Below, in pieces: positions 14,541 to 27,870 of a DNA stretch of 64,000 bases. Source of the DNA: the human T2T-CHM13v2.0 reference genome, Homo sapiens; NCBI RefSeq assembly GCF_009914755.1, contig NC_060926.1. One strand, given 5' to 3'. A program made the position numbers and the translations under genes. The notes under the pieces are model-generated. The model was given only the letters and a program-made list of their open reading frames with translations. It was not told where the DNA came from and ran no database searches. Positions within the stretch are counted from its first letter, which is position 1, and each line of letters opens with the position of its first letter.

Positions 14541-14929
14541 AGGGAATGATTTGTTTTAAATTCATTGTAATAATCCCATGGAGGTTTTAGAGACCATTTC
14601 AATAATTTGTGATAACTTTAAATTTTTTTTTCTCAAACACCTATTTTAGTTTACTCACAATATACACCAAGCCATTTACACGAAGGAAATCTCAATATTA
14701 ATATCCTATAATGAAGGTCAACAACATGCAAGAATTTAGATTCTCGGTATGCTCAAGAAACTTGAAAATTAACTCAGCAATTGGACAAAAAAAAAAAAAG
14801 ATTCTCATTTATTCTGGCGAAATAGAATGAGAAGGCAAATATATTAAGAAAGACAATGGTGAAGTCAATAGGATGCCAGAAAATGAATGTGTTCCTGTGA
14901 GTATCGTTCATACACATGCAACATAACAG

Positions 14930-15075
14930 TGTGCCAGCATTGTTCTAAGCACATTGCAAATATTGAGTTACCTCATCCTTATAACAATCTTAGGAGTACA
15001 TATCATTAAAATTTTTATATTTTCTGAATGAGAAAACTTTGTTTAGAGAAATTAAGTAGCTTTCTCAATGTCAGG
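14930..15075 (-). mobile_element. MIR
   Basis: GTGCCAGCATTGTTCTAAGCAC...ATGAGAAAACT...AGAGAAATTAAGTAGCTT. Confidence 0.65.
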
Positions 15076-16060
15076 ATTCAAAATAATAAAACACGTTTTT
15101 GATTGAATCAACAAAAGGCCATAGGAACCACTTTAAACAAAGAAGTATTTATTAAGGAGTTTGGTAACTTGTAGATACCACAGTGTTCTGCATGTACTAT
15201 GTTGTTCCACAGGACAATATCTACACTTGGTGTCACTTAAGTTACCTACTTGCCCCTCTCCAAGTCCCATGCTGTAAGTTTATCTGTCAGATGAGAAGTT
15301 TTCTATTAAATAATTTGTAAGAATTCTGAAAAGATTTACCACTCTGAGCTATAATCTCAATATATTTCCCTTATTTAACTCAAGTTTCTTTAATGTATGG
15401 ATTGTAAAATTGAGTGATTATTTCAAGTCTTGTGTATAATGATATGCCTCCAGGCCAACTTCACTGAGGAGATAGTGAATAAATTTGATATGTCTCCTCT
15501 CATCTTCTTTACTAAATGTTGACATTTCAGTCTTTTCCTCTGTTGTTTATTTGGTGTCACAGTTTCTCCGACATGAGTTTTTAGTTAGAAGCCAGCTTGA
15601 ATATGCCATTAAAATGTTCATTAAAAAGGTTCTTCTCTCATGTATGTACATTTTTGAAATTTTATCTAGAACATTTGAAGACAGAAAATTTAAAGAAATT
15701 ATTTTCTAACAAGAAAAGTTAGTAACCATAAGATGTCTTGGTGTACAGTGGTTTTTGCCATATTCCATAAAACCCACCACACAAAGAAATCTTGTTAATA
15801 TTTTCAGAAGAATCTCATTAAAATTATTGGTTTTAAATTTCTGGCAGGGTTATAACATGAATATTTGTCACATACAATGTCTTGCAATCCAGAGGAAAAA
15901 CTACTTCTAATTTTTATTCAGATTCTGGTGCATTAAAATAAAGTAGCAATCCTCAGACTATATCTAATTAGTCTTTGTCTCCTGCACCTTTTCTTACTGT
16001 TTCTTCCCTTATCCCCAATCTGGGCAAAACACACACATTTCATTAGTGAATTGAGCAAAA

Positions 16061-16270
16061 CAACTTGATTTGAAATCCACTTCCTGTTCATGTTGGCCAT
16101 GTTGCCTTGGGCAAAGTTCTTTAACCTATCTGTACCTCAGTTCCCAATTCTACAAAAAGGGAGCAATAATAGTATCCATGTCTAAGGGCTTCTGTGAGGA
16201 TTAACTTAATATACATAAAGTAATTACTTAGAGGAGTACCTGGCACATAAAATAGTTACATAGTAGTTTG
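16061..16270 (+). mobile_element. MIR
   Basis: CCTTGGGCAAAGTTCTTTAACCTATCTGTACCTCAGTTCCC...GTGAGGATTAA...CCTGGCACATA. Confidence 0.85.
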
Positions 16271-16584
16271 TCATTTTCATTTTACAAAGATTAAAGTAGG
16301 CATACTATAGTTTAATGCAGTTCTATAGAACTTATTTTTAATTATTATTTTATTATAAAACCAATACATACTTATTACTGAAAACATGAAAAAATACAAA
16401 CACAAAAATTAGAAAATTTTCCTTATTTTTTTCCCATACACGGGTAGGGTCAATACTTTAATCTTATTGTTTACATGCACATACAAACAGGCATATGCCA
16501 TTTTTTTCTGGAATAAATAAGTACAGCTTGAAAAAGACTTGGTTAAAATATGAAATGTGAATGACCATCTACTCCCACTCAACC

Positions 16585-18060
16585 TGATACGGTTTAGCTG
16601 TGTCCCCCCCACTCAAATCTCATCTTGAATTTCCACATATTATGGAAGCGACCCTGTGGGAGGTAACTGAATCATGGGGGCAAGTCTTTCCCCTGCTGTT
16701 CTCATGATAGTAAATAAGTCTCATGGGATCTGGTGGTTTTATAAAGAGGAGTTCCCCTGCACAAGTTCTTTCTATTTGTCTGCCACCATCCATATAAGAC
16801 GTAGTTTACTTCTCCTTGTCTTCCACCGTGATTGTGAGGCTTCCCCACCCATGTGGAACTGTAAGTCCATTATAAGCCTCTTCCTTTTGTAAATTGCCCA
16901 GTCTTGGGTATGTCTTTATCAGTAGCGTGAAAACAAACTAAAACAGTAAATTGGTACCAGGAGAGTGGGGCGCTGCTGAAAAGATACCTGAAAATGTGGA
17001 AGAAACTTTAGAACTGGGTAACAGGCAGAGGTTGGAACAGTTTGGAAGGCTCAGCAAAAGACAGGAAAATGTAGGAAAGTTTGGAATTTCCTAGAGACTT
17101 GTTAAATGGCTTTGAAAAAAATGCTGATAGCAATATGAACAATAAAGTCCAGGCTGAAGTGGTCTCAAATGGAGATGAGGAACTTGTTGGGAACTGGAGA
17201 AAATGTGACCCTTGTTAGATTTTAGCAAAGAGATTGGTGGCATTTTGCTCTGGCCCTAGAGATTTGTGGAACTTTGAACTTGAGAGAGATGATTTAGGGT
17301 ATCTGGTGGAAGAAATTTTTAAGCAGCAAAGTGTTCAAGAAGTGACTTGGGTACTATTAAAGGCATTCAGTTTTATAAAGGAAGCAGAGCATAAAAGTTC
17401 AGAATCTGAAGCCTGACAATGTGATAGAATAGAAAATGCCACTTTCTGAGGAGAAATTCAAGGTGGCTGCAGAAATTTGCATAAGTAATGAGAAGCTGAA
17501 TGTTAACCCCCAAGACAATGGGGAAAATGTCTCCAAGGCATGTCAGAGGTCTTCACGGCAGCCTCTTCCATCACAGGCCTGGAGGGCTAGGAAGAAATAA
17601 AATGGTTTCGTGGGCCAGGCCCAGGGCCCCCGTGCTGCATGCAGCCTAGGGACTTGGTGCCCTGCGTCTCAGCCACTCCAGCCATGACAAAAAGGAGTCA
17701 AGGTATAGTTCAGGCTGTGGCTTCAGAGGGTGCAAGTGCCAAGCCTTGGCAGCTTCCATGTGGTGTTGAGTCTATGAGTGCACAGAAGTCAAGAATTGAG
17801 GTTTGGGAACATTCACCTAGATTTCAGAGGATGTATAGAAACACCTGGATGTCTAGATAGAAGTTTGCTGCAGGGGTGGGGTCCTCATGGAGAACCTCTG
17901 CTAGGGCAGTGCAGAACAGAAAGGTGGGGTCAGAGCCCTCACACAGAGTCCCTACTGGGGCACTGCCTAGTGGAGCTGTGAGTCCAGTATAAACCTCTTT
18001 CTTTTGTAAATTGCCCAGTCTTGGGTATGTCTATCAGCAGCATGAAAACAGACTAACACA
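16585..18060 (+). mobile_element. THE1B-like MaLR provirus: 5' LTR 16585-16945, internal region to ~17982, last ~80-90 bp of the 3' LTR
   Basis: TGATACGGTTTAGCTGTGTCCCC...ACTAAAACA LTR; internal start GTAAATTGGTACCAG; ends GACTAACACA; 5-bp TSD CAACC/CCACC. Confidence 0.95.
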
Positions 18061-18799
18061 CCACCCGTGTCCCCTTCCTCTCAAATGTCTTATCAGTAGA
18101 AAACATGTTTTTTTGTTTTGTTTTTGTTTTTGTAAATATCATTAACAGTCTAGGGAAACAAGCAGTGTGCCAAAGACTCTCCTAGATATTATGATGAGCT
18201 ATTAAAGACAGAAAATTAAAAGGGATCTTGTAGAAAGAACAGAGAGAAATTACAGATCTTGAAAAACTTTGGGGAAGGATAGAATATATCCAGAGAAACT
18301 AAACATGTGAAATCAACACATCCATAGAAAAAGGTGGGCCTGGGAATAGATGAGTCACTTTCAGTTATGTATTCAAAAGAGCAGCACTGCTTCTCCAAAC
18401 CCCATCTCATTACCCACAAAAGAACTCGCCCACAAAGGCACTGATCCTGAGACCTGTGTGGAAAGTGTAAAGTGCTTCCCAGGTGGTCACTTGCATGAGT
18501 GAGAGAGAAGCTTGGATAGTTACATATTTCATAACAGGTCTAAAGAAAAACAAAGAAAGCTCTATGGAGGGGATAAATACTTGATTTCCAATAGCCAAAT
18601 CAAGCCATCCTCACTTTAGAATCTAGGGAAGGACAGAAATTGGTGGCTATCTTCACATTTAAACAGCATAACACAAAATCTACAACTCCCCACTGCTCTC
18701 TTTATAAGGCGCCTGTTGGCCTTGCTTTTGGAACAGTCTATTTTTGGAAACACTTCGATGAACTCCTGAAGAAATCAACACCACTACTCATTATAATTG

Positions 18800-19150
18800 A
18801 CTTCATCATTCATAACTATAAATATGTTGGAAACAAATCTCTTGAAAGAAAGGATCAAAATGAGAATATAGAATAGTAGATATGTGCAAAAGAAAGTAGG
18901 CAATAATTAAAAGCAAAATAATAGCTGGCATCTTTAGAATGTTTGAGGGGACATTTCTTTTCAAATAAGAACAGGCTGCTATGAAGACAGAACATTCAGA
19001 AAGCAAGGGAGTTACTAGGAAATAAAAACTTCAAGAAAATCTCAATAGAAGAATGCACTTACTAGACAACCTAAAGCTTTGTATTGAAAATGTTCCTTAA
19101 GTGCTGGTCGGACTGAATTTAAAAGCATATGCTAAGAGATGGAAAAATAG
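18800..19150 (+). mobile_element. HAL1-like ORF1 relic
   Basis: AAATAAGAACAGGCTGCTATGAAGACAGAACATTCAGAAAGCAAGGGAGTTACTAGGAAATAAAAAC resembles remembered HAL1. Confidence 0.45.
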
Positions 19151-19220
19151 AAGTAAGGGTCAGACTTCTTATTAGGTAGCTGCTGGATAAGAACCAGCAT
19201 TTTAAATCTTAAAAAAAGGT

Positions 19221-19519
<299 letters not shown>

Positions 19520-19524
19520 CTAAC

Positions 19525-19600
19525 ATAATGACTTCTGCTTATATTTATTGGCCAGAAGGACATCACACCCCTTTCTGCAAGGAAGCTGTGGGGAAGATTT
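19525..19600 (-). mobile_element. MLT1 LTR fragment
   Basis: ACTTCTGCTTATATTTATTGGCCAGAA...CTGCAAGGAAGCTG. Confidence 0.45.
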
Positions 19601-22600
19601 TGTTTCTCTATTCTGAGACATCGAATAACCACTAGGTAACCTGTAGCCTTTCCATACATAGTATACAATAAAATTAGAGGAAAATAAAGGTCTGGACAGT
19701 TCTCACTAACAACATCAGTTGCACCTGGGAAAGCACTGGGTTGTTAGGGTTCGAGAGCTGAAAGGGGATAGGAAAGGTCAAGACATCCAGAAAAAGTACT
19801 TTGACATTTTATGCTGTATTTTTGTTGAAAAACTTTGCAACAAGAAGAGATTTTTGCATTGCTTACATAAAGTAAATAAAAACTTATTTGTATTGTGTAA
19901 AATGTGAAGGCTATAGAAAAATCAAAAGTAGTAACTAAAATCATGCAAAATTCCATTGCATTTTCACAGGTGATTTTGTGTATAATTTTCACATTTTATG
20001 TAAATACCACACAAACAGATAATATACATGTTGAATTTTATTCATAGTAAACACAGGAATGACACGGGTTTTTGAAAGAATATTATAGACACAGGTTCTT
20101 CCCAGCAGATAGTGTTCACCACTTGGTAGTCTTTCCAATTAAAAACCCATAAACCCAATTTTCGATGAGTTTTAAGGATGTAGAAATACATTATTTAAGT
20201 CCCTTGAAATAAAAATCATCCTTTTGTTACTATAAGTGGTTTTGCTTTGGGGAGATACTTGTTTGATAACTCCATCTATAATGCCTCAATTGTGTAAATA
20301 GATAAATAATTTTTGTTCGTAATTTAATAATTTGTGACTACAATAAATATTTAAAAAATCAAAATCTCATGCTATCAAAATTTCTTACCCAGTAAAAAGA
20401 AGTGTGTTAATGTTTAATATAATATCAGCTGCAAAGAATATATAAAAGAGATTTTTTTAACTTAGATTGTCATAAACAATTGTGGTAACCTTAACGTAAA
20501 CTATTAATCCCAACACTAGAGCATTTTTCTCTACTTTGGATTGTACCCATTGGACCCAGTATAAAGGGTGTGACTAATGCATAGTGAAGTATAAAGTCTC
20601 TGTCACCTGTTTCTTTCTACTTCCTTCCCTCCTACTCTTGTTCTTTTAAGACAATGGTTAAATATTTATTTCTAAATATTTCTCTATCTCTTTAACTTTA
20701 TAGTCTTCTAACTTCATTTGAATAAGAGACATAAAAGTAAGACATGAGAATTGGAAAGATGCACTAAAACTGTATTATGTTTCCCTCTAACTTCCCACCC
20801 GTCTTCATCATCCAACCAAATCCCTAACACAAAAGAAAACGAGTGCAGGGACTTAGCCCAGGAATTGTCTCTCTACTGTTAGCCTGAGAGGGGAGGATGA
20901 ATTTAAATCCAAGGGAATTTGTAAAGACCACGTATCTGGGTAATTTTGGCTCTGGCCATGTATAGAAGAATGAACCTCTAGGATACGGTTAATAAGGAAT
21001 AATTGTGAGTAAGAACTGTCTGATCAGTACTTGGCAAAGTAGCACAGACTAGGCAGTTGCTACACTATGGATTGATGTGTTAATTAATGTTAAGTTAGTG
21101 ATATATTGTAACTTTTTTATTTTTCAGGTAGGAGGTATGTGTCCATATGTGTCTGGGTCTGTGAACTGTTTATTCAGGGGAGACGTAGGAAATTAAGCCA
21201 TTTCTTTCTCTGTAGTCACATTAAAAAAAAAAAAAAGGCCCTGGCAATGCAATACACTAGGAAAATATTTACCTTATATTTGTTTATCACAGAAAACTTT
21301 AAATTTGCATAGAATTTCCCTAAATTTAACCACAAATATTTTATTTCATAGAACTGGAATTAATTGGTACAAATGGAAACAGTAAAGAAAATGACCCTTT
21401 ACTTTTATTTCTATCAATATTGTTTCCATTCTAGATTTTAATAATTGGATTATTGTTGTTCTGTGGGATGCAATGTTCCTGCAAGAATGTTTTCAAGTGT
21501 TTTTATTTAAAAAATTAGAACTGGTTTAAGAACTAAATGATGCATAAAATTCTTGATAAGAAATGGAAAACATTTCTAAAATTTATTGATAAATTATGTT
21601 TTTACCAGTGTTCAACATTTTGAAGAAGAATCTGAGGAATAAAATTATTACCTCTATTATTCATTGATTATTGTCTCATTCATGTTTTAAAAATACACTT
21701 AATAATCTCATGATTAAGAAAAATATTGCCAAAAATGAATTCACTTTTTATCTTTCAAGCTTGGACAGTGTCTTCAAAATCTACTGTAAATATTCATTTA
21801 ATGCTTTTTATCTTATAGGCGAGAAAATTACATACTTTGCCAATACTATGTTTTTAACATGAGTGCAGTTATATCAATATTATTATAATTAATGATTACA
21901 TCATGCTTTAGGAGGAAAGTACAGAGAAGGTTGGTATTAACATGCACGGTACACCATTGTGATATCAATACTCATTTTACTGTTCAGATTTTTTTAAAGC
22001 TAATAGCTGTCAAAAATACCCATTATAGGCTAGTCTATAATTTGTAGAAGTCAAGTAATACATTTTTTCTGAAGGTATAATGGATGCTCCATGGAGCAAT
22101 TATTTTAGAAAGACAACTTCATCTCAGCTGTCTCGTGCCAGCAGAACTATTTAAGAGCCTGAGATGCATAATTCAACATGGAAGGGCTGTCAGAGTTGAG
22201 AATACCTTTAAATTATAAAAACTTAGCACCACGAGTCAGTTATAATTATAATGGAAATGTAGTTTTCTGTCATTTTATCATGACAAACATCTCTCAAGAA
22301 GCAATTTTGCGTGTTAAAATATTTTGGCAAAGTGACTTTTGATTCCAAAGGGATACAGATTATCTGGTTTTATACCTGATTTTTTTTTTTTCACAAATTG
22401 AGTTTAACAGCTTGCACTGCTTAAGATGGCAAACATCGGAATATTATTAAAAATCCCATTGGAAAATCTTGCAGAGAGACCACAGGCTACAGTAACTCAC
22501 AAAGGCAGGTCAGGTTATGCATAAAAATATATTATTTTAATAGCAAAATATGACAGGCAGTTCTTCATCTGACATTCAATTATTTTACATGGCAAATTTC

Positions 22601-23354
22601 TGAATATAAAAATGGTTGCCATTGTAGACACAGTCTCTTTTCCAAGCAAATATTTCCATGATTAAAAATTAAAGTAAAGGGTAATAGTTCAAGATCTTCC
22701 TGGATTCTTAGGTTCTTTGCCTTTGATGGCTTCCCAAAACGTTCTGCTCTCCAGATGGTAGCTCTTGTCTTCCTCCTCTTCTACAAAGCTTTTATTATTA
22801 TGAAAGATCAAAAGTAAAAGAAAATTGTTTTAATAAAATGAGCTGAAGAATAAAAGCACAGTAGCATATATCATAAATTTCAAGTACTCTTGTAAATTCC
22901 AATAGACGGAATATTTAAGTGAGTTCAGATTCCACAGTTCTTTCCTACCAATTTTGAATTACAGGACTTAACAGAACACTCAATTTTGCATACTGTCATC
23001 AAAAATAATTCCCTAAGACAATGAGTATATTTGTTAACTTTATGTAAGTTTTCTTTTCATGTCAGCCATGGTAGTAAACTAATATTCTTTTTTCCAAATA
23101 ATTGGAATGAACTTTAGGTTCTTAATTTATTTCTAAAAATGAGTAGACTGATTCAAATATTTTTGTTTCCCCAGTCCACTTATTGACTTCCTATTATGTG
23201 CATCATTTGCTCCTTTTTGTAAATAATAAAAATAATTTTCAATTATTCAAAATATTTAATTGTCCATTTTTAATAAAATCAAGCCAAGCCAAAACTATAT
23301 TCAATTAAAGCAGACTAAGAAGAATGTGCTGCAAATCAAACTTGATTATACTTT

Positions 23355-23480
23355 CAGTTCAACAAATGCTTGTTGGGTGCAAAATATGTCTGAGGTATTT
23401 TCTAGACACTGGGGATATATCAATAAAAAGGGAAGAAAAAATATTTTCATCACGTGGTTTATATTACTGCTCTCAAAAAA
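23355..23480 (-). mobile_element. L2 3' end
   Basis: TTCAACAAATGCTTGTTGGGTGC...TCTAGACACTGGGGATATA. Confidence 0.65.
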
Positions 23481-26400
23481 GAGAGAAAATCCAGCAAGCT
23501 AAACACAAACTTTAGAGGTAATATATTTAATTGATGTTATTTTATTATAAGCCTTCAATAGTTTCTTAAAATGAAGAGATAATTCCATAAGACCAAGGGC
23601 AGTCATATTAATATTCTTATTTTAAGAAGTATAGGAAAATAATTATCCTCACACATATAAAATCCCTAAAAATAAGGACAAACTCATATCTGAAAAAAAG
23701 AGAGCAAGAAAGGAAGAGAGAAAGCATACTTATTTATGCTAGTTGGTTTAACTTTTGTTATATCATTTTATCTACATAGTAACATTGAGAAATGCTGTCC
23801 TCATTCTAAGGAAAAAACTGAGAATCAAAGAATTAACTTTTCCAACAAATTGTAAGATTTTTAAGAGTAATTAAACTTATATATTTCTAATTCTTCAACT
23901 TCTACCAAATTAGTTTTAAAATTTTTCACAGATTAAACAACCTGAAATGATATTTAGAGATGCATTAATTCATTTCTCTGCCTCTGGAGACAATCTATTG
24001 TTACTAACTTAAAAAAATGAGTTTTCCAAGAAAACGTTTTATCAACTATTTTATATTATTTTTCGTTACACATGGAACACAATCTTTTCTATTCTGTATT
24101 AATTTTTTGCTTAAGCACATATACACTACACACACATGCACATTGCTTAAAAAACATGCTAACAAGGATTTAAGCTAATATTGGAATGCCAAATTTTTCC
24201 CCTGGTCCTTATTTTGCCTATTGTAATTCAAGATGATATAATACTTGCAATCAGTCGCTGACTTTTTTCATATACAGATATTAAAAAAGCTATAAATACT
24301 GCATTCTTCTTGTTCATAATAGTACAATCTTATAGACATTGTAACGCACCGATTTTTAAATGATTACCAGAATTAAGTGTATTTTGCTGAAAAATTGAAT
24401 CTAGTTACGGTATTATTCTATAGTATCACAGATGTAATCATTATCTAGAAAATAAGAAATAATGCATTACAGTAATGCACTACACATATGATTACTTTTA
24501 GTATAATGCAGTATAATGCTTAAATTAATTCCAAGCAACTTCCTAATTTTATTTCAGTACAACTAGATTGCAAGACACAGGGAAGAAGAATATAAAACAT
24601 AGGCAATATTTTATTTGATTCATTTTGACTGAATCATGAACTGCTGTAACACATGAAGATTCTGAAAACGTTAACTGCTTTAGAAGTGAATTTAATAATT
24701 TGTCTTTACTCATCATTGTGAATAAATGAATGGAATTCAGAACTGACATAGAAACACGCAAAGTTCTATTTGTACAGTACTGGGGTGGAAGAACGTTTTC
24801 AAGAAGGGATACGGAGGAGAGAGAAAAAAAAATGGAAAGAGGGCCAAAGAGAGGGAAATAGATAAAAAAGAAAGAAGGTGTCAAGTTAATTTGCAGGGTG
24901 GTATGAGCTTATTTGTGTGTTCAGCAAATTGGAAAACTAAATAGGCAAAGCTCCCAGCTTAACTTTGAGATTTACCTTTTACCTTTTTTGTATTCTTCTT
25001 TAATATAACAGTTCAAATGAGGACTTAAAATTAATGCTATAAATACAGACTTTTAATACAGTGTTGCATTGTTTGGAATATCACATTAGGTTTTCCTAAT
25101 GAGTCAACAAAATTCCTACATTGCCCCCTAATTGTCTAAAATTAAGAAATTTAATAATAATTAATAATAAATATATGCATTTTAATAGAGGAAGAGTTAG
25201 TTGTACAACTTTTATGATGCCAAGCTTTGTATTCAGCACAAACTGCAAGGCAGAGTGTTCGTGGCGTGGGATCCTATAGATAGTAATCTCTCTTTTGAAG
25301 ACACAGAGACATTTTGAAGCTGACTCACATTCTCATCAACTAAGGGAACAGTGTGTCAAGATTTCAATCTGGGCATAGGATCTTGCTGAATATTACTAAT
25401 ATATCTTTCTCTCTTTTTTCCTTTCTCTTCATCCAACTCTACTTCTGCCTTTCCATTTCTCCCTCCCTTGATTTCTATCCCATTTTTTTCTCTGCCTCTC
25501 AAATCATTAAAATATAATTTAACTATTAATTCAGTAGAATTAAGTATTCACATTTACTATCCAATGTCTGAAGCCATTAAACTTACAGTAAACAATATTT
25601 TATTCTGCTTTACTTGTGCAATTTATTTTAATATTGTTTAGGTGGTTAAATTGACCTTAAACCACATTTAACCCCAGTTTATCAAGTATTGTGATGCCAT
25701 ATCATGTAAGTTTTAAGATGTCAAATGACAAAAGTATCAAAGACATATTGTAGATAAGAGAGTGGTATTAAATCACAGAAAATTCAAAGATGGTTGAAAC
25801 ATTTTGAATAGCAGACTATTTCGGATGACCTCTTAAGTAAAGCACTGCCTTCCTATGACCTGATCATTATGCTCCACCATATCCTTGTTTAATTAATCTA
25901 GGCACTTTCAAAGTTTACTTCTTCACAAGAATGCTTTTGAATTTTCTGAAACTCTGGAATAATATGTATTCAAGTAGAAAGTTTAAAAAACACATAAGGT
26001 ACAAAGGCAAACACCCCCAAATCACTTGATATCTCACTATACTTCCCCAAAATGATGAGCACCATTCTACTAGATTTTTCCATGCATATATTATGTGTGG
26101 CTGTGGGCTAACATACTTTTTTACACATCTAAGAGGTTTTCAAATAAGAGTTTTGCAATGTGTACAGAGAAATCATGAAAATGAAATAATGCCTGTTCAA
26201 AATCAGCATTTGGATGAATGGTAAGAGACAGAAACAACATTTTATTATTGAGTGGCAAACAGTAACAGAAATTATTTCTCAAACCAAGTTCAAAGTATAG
26301 TAAACAAATATGATGTAATGGTGGGGGAAAGGAAGTGGAAGCTGAATAGTACAGAGAAGGTTGTAACTGACAGAAACCTTGGACACTTAGTTTACTATTA

Positions 26401-26907
26401 TTATTTTTGTTTGTTTTGATTGGTGTCTGATTAAAAGACGGCATGTTATAGATAAAGTGGACTTGGTGACTATTCATTTATATCCAGCTTTCTTTGTATC
26501 CCAGAAATGATGTTTAGGATTTTCTCTCCCTCTTGACTCCACTTTCTTTGCTTCTCTCCATATACATATACTTCTTAAGTCCACATAACTTTTTAATATA
26601 AACTGTAACAAAAATTACAAGTATCTAAACTCTCTTGTGACTCAAGGACTGGTAAAATACTTTTGTGGGCTAAGTTGAGGGAGCAGACCCATCTAAAGAG
26701 AACCTTATGCCAATCTATTGTTCTGAAATCAGTAGTTTTAACATGAGTTTCATTTATGAGACTATGCTAAAGCCAGATCCCATTATCCCATCATAGCCAG
26801 GCTCAGGCTTTCGCTTTCTGCCTCTTTTCATGGAGGCTTTATGATCTAAAAAAATGTCTTGGTCCACTATTCGTGAATTCTATTAGCAGAGGCATTCTTG
26901 CACTTAC

Positions 26908-27104
26908 GTCAAGTAATACTGCATATAAATGGAGGATAAAAGGATTACCAGATTATAAATCAAACAAGAGTTTCTGGCAATATAAATCTTGGTTATGTAG
27001 GCTCTTGTGTTAATGGAATTGCAGAATTCCATTGGCCAGTAAGAATTTAAATTCTGTGTTAGAGACCTCGCTAATTTCTCACAGGAGTCCCTCACTAAAA
27101 TATA
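26908..27104 (-). other. Candidate 197-nt exon (coding status unknown)
   Basis: Minus strand: CCTTCCTCTTTATTTTTCAG| acceptor and GAC|GTAAGTG donor; one frame open throughout; non-repeat sequence. Confidence 0.3.
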
Positions 27105-27744
27105 CTGAAAAATAAAGAGGAAGGCTTGCAAGCAAATTTGTATCAGGTCTTGAAATTATTTTCTACGATAGTGCCAAAAATATTCCTGGCATTTGAAAAT
27201 GTATTGTCAACATCCATGCTGTACAATTCTAAGACTTGTCTTGGAACTTATTTAGTCACTTTAATCACTCAAATAAATGCAGCCAAATTGTGTTAAATGC
27301 AAACCAGAAGTATATGTAACATTGAGATAAATGGGATATGTTAGCCAATGGATTAAAGTTCTGTAAGGTAGTATCTGGCTCAATCAAATGACTGAACCTC
27401 TATGTTCAGGTTAATCAACCAATTCAGTCAAATGACCGTGGTAAAATTTCTGTGTTTGTGGTTATGTTTTTTTTTGTATACATAAATGCAAAATTAACTG
27501 TTTTTGAGAATTAACATGGTTTAAGCAGTTGTGTTTGAATAATTAATAATTGACTTTATCTCTAAATGTGAATCTAATACAGATACACATGGTAGTATTC
27601 TCTTGATTTATTAAAAGTGATATTTAATATGTGGTGGTTATATAATGGGATGGATTTTGAGATGGTGAAAACAACCTTCATATATGGTAATTGTAAAACA
27701 TTCTTGTTTCTTCAAAATAGTCTAGATATATTTTAAGACAATAA

Positions 27745-27870
27745 ATATTCATTTATTAAACCTATATTTGTTGAGCATCAAGAATATAAGGAGTAAGCTA
27801 GGTGTGGGATTATGACACATAATAGGATATCATGTCTATGCAAAAAGCGAGGACATATTGTTAAGGAGAC
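27745..27870 (-). mobile_element. L2 3' end
   Basis: ATTCATTTATT...TATTTGTTGAGCATC...GCTAGGTGTGGGA. Confidence 0.5.

Noticed and set aside
21105-21140. TTTTCAG|GTAGGA recursive-splice-like site
   Set aside because: The regenerated donor is mediocre, it is on the plus strand, and nothing else supports it.
22221-22240. REST/NRSE-like TTAGCACCACG
   Set aside because: Only the left half resembles RE1; the GGACAG half is absent.
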